Assembly: GCA_029775855.1 (NCBI GenBank)
Contig: JARVJZ010000001.1
Coordinates: forward strand, 1-64,000
DNA: 64,000 nt
Source of the DNA: Nitrososphaeria archaeon
Lineage (GTDB): Archaea; Thermoproteota; Nitrososphaeria; Nitrososphaerales; JAAOZN01
Direction: 5' to 3'
The first letter of the stretch is position 1. The number at the start of each line of letters is the position of its first letter. A program made the translations under genes and the position numbers. The notes beneath the pieces are model-generated. The model made no database searches. It had not been told where the DNA came from and was given only the letters and a program-made list of their open reading frames with translations. Positions 58,669 through 64,000 of this stretch are shown here, piece by piece.

Positions 58669-59589
58669 TTGACGCGGATCTTCGAGTGTATACACCTCAC
58701 TAAGATCTATAAAGGAAGTGAAAAGAAAGCGTTAAACGGTGTATCATTCAGAATGCCATCAGAAGGCATACTAACTTTACTTGGTAGGAACGGTGCAGGT
58801 AAAACTACTCTCTTAAGGATAGCAACTACACAACTCTTACCTACTGAAGGAAGTGTGAGCGTCTTGGGGTTAGATGTAGTTAAAGAAGCTAAGAAGGTTC
58901 GTGAGCGCATCAGCGTTTTGCCTCAAGAAGGCAGACCATTCCCACCTCTAACACCTTGGGACCATGTTTACTACTTTCTATTAGCGCGTGGGCTTGATAG
59001 GACTGAAGCTAGAACTAGAGCTAAGACAGTTCTTAGCGAGCTTGAATTAGACGAGTATGCCTCAACACCAGCTGATAGGCTTTCTGGAGGTTTAAGGCAG
59101 AGGATTCTTCTAGCTATGGCTCTCTCAACATACGCTGAGTTGATATTCTTAGATGAGCCGACTCTAGGTTTAGATGCTGTAAATCAAAGGAAGATATGGT
59201 CTATAGTTAGAGATTACTGTAAGAAGTATGGCTCTATTGTGCTTACGACTCACTCTCTTAATGAAGCTGAAACACTTTCAGACTATATAGTTATTATAAA
59301 TAGGGGGCGTGTTGTAGCTCAAGGGTCTGTTGAAGAGTTAAAGGCGATGATGCCCTACCGTTTTAGAATTGATGTATCAAGCGGTTTCTCTAAAGAGGTT
59401 CTCTCCTCTTACGGTAAGGTTGTGGAAGTCGCTGGAAGAATGAGGGTGCTATTAGATGAAACTGGTGCTAAAGACCTTGCCTTAGAAGCTGTTAAGAAGC
59501 GCGTCTCAGTCTCCGTCTCTCCTACTACACTTGAAGATGTCTTCATAGATCTCGTTCAAGAAGAAGGTGTTCAAGATGAATCTACTTAA
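58669..59589 (+). CDS. ABC-2 type exporter ATP-binding protein
   Basis: GRNGAGKT, LSGGLRQR, LDEPTLGLD, TTH, TLEDVF. Confidence 0.9.
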   Translation: MTRIFECIHLTKIYKGSEKKALNGVSFRMPSEGILTLLGRNGAGKTTLLRIATTQLLPTEGSVSVLGLDVVKEAKKVRERISVLPQEGRPFPPLTPWDHVYYFLLARGLDRTEARTRAKTVLSELELDEYASTPADRLSGGLRQRILLAMALSTYAELIFLDEPTLGLDAVNQRKIWSIVRDYCKKYGSIVLTTHSLNEAETLSDYIVIINRGRVVAQGSVEELKAMMPYRFRIDVSSGFSKEVLSSYGKVVEVAGRMRVLLDETGAKDLALEAVKKRVSVSVSPTTLEDVFIDLVQEEGVQDEST

Positions 59590-60313
59590 GACACTTAGGT
59601 CAATCTTCATACTCGCATATATGTTCAGCATACTGTGGATAGTAAGGAATCTGCTAAGTCTCATATACCTATTCTTCGCACCTTTCACAGTCCTCTTTCT
59701 ACTCTACGCCCTAGCCGGTTCTGAAGTACTCCCTTACGCTCTAGTAGGAGCATATATAATGACACTTGTGCAAGCCGGCGCAGCAATAATAGGAGACGCC
59801 GCTTGGCATAAGCTAGAGCTAAAATTTCAAGATATGATGGTTGCATCTCCTGTGTCTGAAACCGCATATCTGCTTGCTGAGGCTCTATCTGAACTTCTCT
59901 ACTCAGCACCAGCGTTAATCATACTCTTGCTCCTTATTCTGCAGTTTAAGTTAAGCGTATTTACCCTATTCACGCTCTTGGCTGTTGCGCTGCTGGTTTG
60001 GCTTTCTACATCGTCTTTGGGTTTCTTTATATCAACCTACATACCTAATATAAGAAACGGCTGGCAGATTTCTTTACTACTAGGGCTCTTCTTAGCTGTG
60101 CTCCCACCAGTCTTCTACCCTATTGAACGCGTTCCAGAGTATCTATTATGGGCAGCATACCTACCACCTACCACACACGCAGCCCTCCTATTAAGAGACT
60201 CAATCGGCTTAACATCACCACTACCTTTAAGCTACAGCTGGCTCATACTGATAGCATACACACTAACCTTCATGGCGTTAGCCACATATAGGGCTCAGTG
60301 GCGTGAAAAGTAG
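59576..60313 (+). CDS. ABC-2 type exporter permease
   Basis: Six TM helices, ASPVS, PPVFYP; overlaps the ATPase gene. Confidence 0.85.
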   Translation: MNLLKTLRSIFILAYMFSILWIVRNLLSLIYLFFAPFTVLFLLYALAGSEVLPYALVGAYIMTLVQAGAAIIGDAAWHKLELKFQDMMVASPVSETAYLLAEALSELLYSAPALIILLLLILQFKLSVFTLFTLLAVALLVWLSTSSLGFFISTYIPNIRNGWQISLLLGLFLAVLPPVFYPIERVPEYLLWAAYLPPTTHAALLLRDSIGLTSPLPLSYSWLILIAYTLTFMALATYRAQWREK

Positions 60314-60315
60314 AT

Positions 60316-60849
60316 TTAGGCTTCTAGCGCTTTAACCAGAGCCTCCAAACCATCGCGCCATCTCTCGAAGCTAAGGTTTTCGAGAGAGAATTCTGCGTTC
60401 GGATGATAATATCGCTCTATGGTTAATGTTCTAATGTTTGGTGCAAAGTGCTTTAAGGTTGCAAGCATCATGCTCTGAAAGGGGTATAGGCTGCCAACAA
60501 ATAGTATAAAGTCGTATCCGCCCTTACCATCAAACCCCATCCAGTTTCCATCTTTTAGCCTATCAACCAAGCTTTCTACGTTAACAGCATACTTTGCATC
60601 TTCAAAGCGATGGAATGCTTTAAAGACACCGGCAGATATGGCTAATGTGGCGTTAGTCTTCTTAACTATCCTTTCTAAAATATGAAGTGTACCAGCTTTC
60701 GTATACTCTTCGTCTAAAATATTACCGCCAACAACTATTAGAAGCCTCTTAGCTCTTCGAATCATCCTACCACAGTTTTCAGGGGTTATGGTGTATGCTA
60801 ACTTAGGCCCTCTAACCTCAGCTTCATCCCAAGGTACAGCTTTGGACAA
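60316..60849 (-). CDS. cdhB: CO dehydrogenase/ACS complex epsilon subunit
   Basis: PW..AEV.GP, MIRRAKR.L.VVG, W.GFDGKGGYD, LKHFAP, YYHPNA. Confidence 0.92.
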   Translation of the reverse strand: MSKAVPWDEAEVRGPKLAYTITPENCGRMIRRAKRLLIVVGGNILDEEYTKAGTLHILERIVKKTNATLAISAGVFKAFHRFEDAKYAVNVESLVDRLKDGNWMGFDGKGGYDFILFVGSLYPFQSMMLATLKHFAPNIRTLTIERYYHPNAEFSLENLSFERWRDGLEALVKALEA

Positions 60850-60852
60850 CCT

Positions 60853-63186
60853 CTACCTACCACCCATAACCATTCTGCTAAGTAAGGTTGGGTCAGGTAT
60901 CTCGATAGGTTTCCAACCTCTTTGCTTGATTATTTGCAAGACCTCTTCCTTAATAGTTACCGGAAGATCGTTTTCATCCCTGACGAATAGGTGTAGGTCT
61001 TCAGGTAAGCAGCCGTATAATTGGCGGTGCAAGCTAACATAGTTAGATATCTTTATCATCCTTCCCTTAGGTGTGTCATTTGGCCTCATAACCATCTTTG
61101 AAGCCATCACCATAGCTTCCTCTGGGGTTTCAACGACGCATAATAGGTGTTCAGGCGAAGGTCCACCGTAAACCAACTGTCCATCTTTAGCGTTATACAC
61201 AAGCCATCTCCCGTAATCCTCGCTTCTACCCAAATACGCTCTCCTATGCTTAACTCCTTGTGGCCCTAATATCACAGGAATACCAAATCTGTTTGCGCCT
61301 GTGGCTATGGACATAGCCTTTTGATGCTGAGAGCCCCATGCGATAGCTACAGCCCCTATTCTATTCAATATGTAGTCAGCTATCTCCTCGAAGTTGCCTC
61401 GAAGGTTTCTCTTTGCAAATATACTCGCTATCTTCACTACAGCGCCTACAGCATGCGCATTAGAAACGCAAGGACCTAAGTTAACTATACAACCAGCGTC
61501 AAAGTCTCCAGGATACTTCTCATAGAGGGTTTGTCCATTTTCATCTTTATAGCGCGCTATATCTAGAGCAGCGCAACCAGATGTTACAACAATATATCTC
61601 CTCTTAGCAAATTCGTCAGCCATCATAGCGAGATGGTTATTCCCACCAGGATAGTTAGCGCAGCCCGCGAAGACAACTACCCCTGGGATCTCACCCATAA
61701 CTATAGGTCTACCAACATTCCTGATTTCAGTATCCTTTATTGGACCTCTACCAGCTCTAATCTTAAATCTCTCACGTTTAATCTTGTCTTCTGATGCCGC
61801 ATCTACTACTGTAAGCACTGGCACATCATTTGGGCAAGATGAGTCACATCTACCGCATCCTAGGCATTCATCGAAGACCTCTAAAAGTAGGGAGGGGTCG
61901 CCGCGTTTAGCAGTGTTAACAGCTAAACCTACATTTATCCCAATAGGGCAGTTCTTTGTGCAGCTTAGGCAGAGCGAGCAAAGTGAAGCCTTAGCCAACA
62001 CTTTGTCTTTATCATAACCCTTCTGATTGGCTCTAAGTGGCGCTATCAGTTGAGCAGCCTTAACCGCAACCCTTCCGACTTTAACAGGATCTTGGATAAC
62101 AACCGCCTTCGCATCTCCTGAGGCAAGCTTTTGGACTATTGTATCCTCATCCATGTTTGTAAGGTTTGGTAGACCGCCAACCAGCTGGTCAGATGTAGCT
62201 ATAACCCTAGAGCCGACTTTAACAGCTTCTTCTATCACATCAGCCCTCACACACTCTTGGTCAACTATAACAACATCAGCTATTCCCATTCGTATGAAGC
62301 GTAGCTGTCTAGAGATTGGACCGACTATCTTGGCGCCTTTTGAGAAGCGGGCTAGGTCTGAGGCTGTGCAGCAAACACCAGCGACTTCGATTTGACCATA
62401 GAGCCCAGTCTCATCAAGGTAGTTTATGACTTCACTTCCTGGTGCGACATTGTGTCCTATACATAGTATTACTGGTTTCTCACGCTCGACAACACCCATC
62501 CCCACTTCTATGAGTGGGGTTTCGGCGTCGCCTTTAGGGAAGCCTAAAGCTGAAATCTGCGCTATGTCTGCTACTTCTAAGGCTAGTATGTCCAGCATTC
62601 CAGCGTGCAACGCTTTGGATTCATAATCTAAGTAGTTCTGCTCTTGTCCTGTTGCGGTTGCGGAAAGTAGGTGAGTTATCTGCCCTTCAAGGTAGTTTAC
62701 AACATCTATTAAGTCTGAGAGCTTTTTTGGCTTTATACCGGTTATCAGCCTAGTTATAGGCGCCTCAATTTCAACTTCGCTTCCCAAGTCTATAGGCTGG
62801 TCTCCGCCATACTGTTTAATCAGAAAGTTCAGGAGATGGTGTGCGTGTGTGGTATGGGCAGAAGCTCCCATAACGCTCTGAAGGAGCGACCATTTACCTA
62901 TATGCCCAGCCATATCTATTCCGCAAGCACCCCTCTTTCCAGCAGTTAGGTCACATTTACCAAAAGTGCAGAATTCACAGAAATCGCTTAAAGGAGAGTA
63001 GAATGGTTGATAACGCTTAAGAAGCTTAAGATCCCATTCTCTCAGATCCATTATAGTTGGGTATGGTGTAGGACCCATAGGCTCAGCCCAATCTTCGCTT
63101 TCTACAAATCTTCCCACTGTAAGTTCTAAGCCTTTGATCTTTAGATGACTTGATGTTAACTCCTTGATGTTTATCTTTGTTACCAT
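60853..63186 (-). CDS. cdhA: Archaeal Ni-CO dehydrogenase alpha subunit
   Basis: MGPTP, CTFGKCDL..GACG, H..H..HH channel; C-cluster ligands GHN, CCT, QEC, GCAN, SGC, GPCVSN; two ferredoxin-type CxxCxxCxxxCP motifs. Confidence 0.95.
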   Translation of the reverse strand: MVTKINIKELTSSHLKIKGLELTVGRFVESEDWAEPMGPTPYPTIMDLREWDLKLLKRYQPFYSPLSDFCEFCTFGKCDLTAGKRGACGIDMAGHIGKWSLLQSVMGASAHTTHAHHLLNFLIKQYGGDQPIDLGSEVEIEAPITRLITGIKPKKLSDLIDVVNYLEGQITHLLSATATGQEQNYLDYESKALHAGMLDILALEVADIAQISALGFPKGDAETPLIEVGMGVVEREKPVILCIGHNVAPGSEVINYLDETGLYGQIEVAGVCCTASDLARFSKGAKIVGPISRQLRFIRMGIADVVIVDQECVRADVIEEAVKVGSRVIATSDQLVGGLPNLTNMDEDTIVQKLASGDAKAVVIQDPVKVGRVAVKAAQLIAPLRANQKGYDKDKVLAKASLCSLCLSCTKNCPIGINVGLAVNTAKRGDPSLLLEVFDECLGCGRCDSSCPNDVPVLTVVDAASEDKIKRERFKIRAGRGPIKDTEIRNVGRPIVMGEIPGVVVFAGCANYPGGNNHLAMMADEFAKRRYIVVTSGCAALDIARYKDENGQTLYEKYPGDFDAGCIVNLGPCVSNAHAVGAVVKIASIFAKRNLRGNFEEIADYILNRIGAVAIAWGSQHQKAMSIATGANRFGIPVILGPQGVKHRRAYLGRSEDYGRWLVYNAKDGQLVYGGPSPEHLLCVVETPEEAMVMASKMVMRPNDTPKGRMIKISNYVSLHRQLYGCLPEDLHLFVRDENDLPVTIKEEVLQIIKQRGWKPIEIPDPTLLSRMVMGGR

Positions 63187-63192
63187 TCTTCT

Positions 63193-63209
63193 ATTTTAGC
63201 TACTAAAAT
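63193..63209. promoter_or_regulatory. Palindrome between the cdhA TATA box and start codon (candidate repressor site)
   Basis: ATTTTAG-CTA-CTAAAAT lies 7 bp upstream of the cdhA ATG; TTTAAA box at about 63217-63222. Confidence 0.4.
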
Positions 63210-63300
63210 CCTATTTTTAAAGTTTAATCCGAAGATGTTAGTTTACTGGGGCAAGCAATTAGAAAGGTTAAAACCATAGCGTTTAGAAGATTTGGTGTAG

Positions 63301-63861
63301 ATGAGCTTCACAGAGGAAGAAGTAAGACGGGCAGCAGATATGAAGGCTTGGATAGAAGCGAGAATAGCTGAGCACGAAGCAGATATCGAAAGGCTCAAAC
63401 AGATGCTCTTAATAATTGATAGCATACTGAAACACAGCAGCTTTAAGTCAGCTGCTGAGATCATATCTAAACCGCCTACCCCTACAGAGGCAGAGCTCGA
63501 AAGCTTCACCGAGGTTCGCCCAATCAAAAGAGTGAAGGACGGGCTTCTGCTAGGCAACATCTACATCTCACCAAAAACTTTAGTTATAATACCAGCTTCG
63601 GATGTTAAAATAATGGTGGATACACCACCATTCAAGAGTTTCTTTGTTAACAGAATATTGGAGGGTATGAAGGCTAAGGATAACGAGGCTGTGAAGGAGG
63701 GGAAGATGCAGCCAAACCAAGTGCTATCATATACTATAGAGGATGATAAAGGTATGTTAACTAAAATAACAATTCAAAACTATGGAAATCAGACGAGGTT
63801 AAACGAGATAATAAGCACTATAACTTGGTCTTTTACACGGATGTTGGAAAAGACAAGGTAA
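63301..63861 (+). CDS. Hypothetical protein (N-terminal coiled coil)
   Basis: 186-aa ORF with [11 protein letters not shown] and NY....RL.EI..T..W...RM motifs, resembling a conserved TACK hypothetical family. Confidence 0.75.
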   Translation: MSFTEEEVRRAADMKAWIEARIAEHEADIERLKQMLLIIDSILKHSSFKSAAEIISKPPTPTEAELESFTEVRPIKRVKDGLLLGNIYISPKTLVIIPASDVKIMVDTPPFKSFFVNRILEGMKAKDNEAVKEGKMQPNQVLSYTIEDDKGMLTKITIQNYGNQTRLNEIISTITWSFTRMLEKTR

Positions 63862-63868
63862 ACGAAAT

Positions 63869-64000
63869 ATGGAAGATGTAGACAAAGTTCTCATCCTAGA
63901 CTTCGGTGCACAATACGCTCACCTCATAGCAAGGCGCATTAGGGAGTGTAGAGTCTACTCTGAGCTTATACCCTACAACACAAAGGCTGAAGATATAAGC
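63869..64000 (+). CDS. guaA: GMP synthase (glutamine-hydrolysing), 5' part, truncated by the window end
   Basis: [36 protein letters not shown]. Confidence 0.9.
   Translation, partial: MEDVDKVLILDFGAQYAHLIARRIRECRVYSELIPYNTKAEDIS

Overview
This is a gene-dense archaeal chromosome segment. Its core genes (RFC large subunit, DGGGP synthase, His-less tRNA splicing endonuclease subunit, ND-AspRS with gatCAB, ATP-dependent ligase, Trm112) suggest a TACK archaeon, most likely a non-ammonia-oxidising basal Nitrososphaerota lineage (inference). Three tRNAs were found: Arg(UCG), Gln(UUG) with introns at 10/11 and 24/25, and Ser(CGA) with introns at about 21/22 and 37/38. Accessory content includes: (i) a FecCD/BtuCD-type importer with a SAM methyltransferase under a NikR-like operator; (ii) a tRNA-flanked island with a thioredoxin-DUF169-ArsP-like permease-soluble MtrA-like corrinoid protein operon, the best candidate for an undescribed system, possibly cobalamin-dependent metal(loid) methyl transfer and efflux; (iii) a lone bacterial-type GH13 glgB next to a frameshifted CAAX protease; (iv) two SagB-like nitroreductases with reciprocally complementary motif loss, one with a Tat signal; (v) a 20 kb catabolic island with Liv and Opp ABC transporters, a cytoplasmic CapA-like metallohydrolase, two M28 peptidases with His-Ser replacing the catalytic Glu-Glu, an M20 peptidase, a racemase and an F420-type LLM; (vi) stand-alone cdhAB whose CdhA appears to lack D-cluster cysteines. 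No CRISPR array, rRNA or intact transposase was seen. All family calls come from motif recognition by eye, with no database searches.
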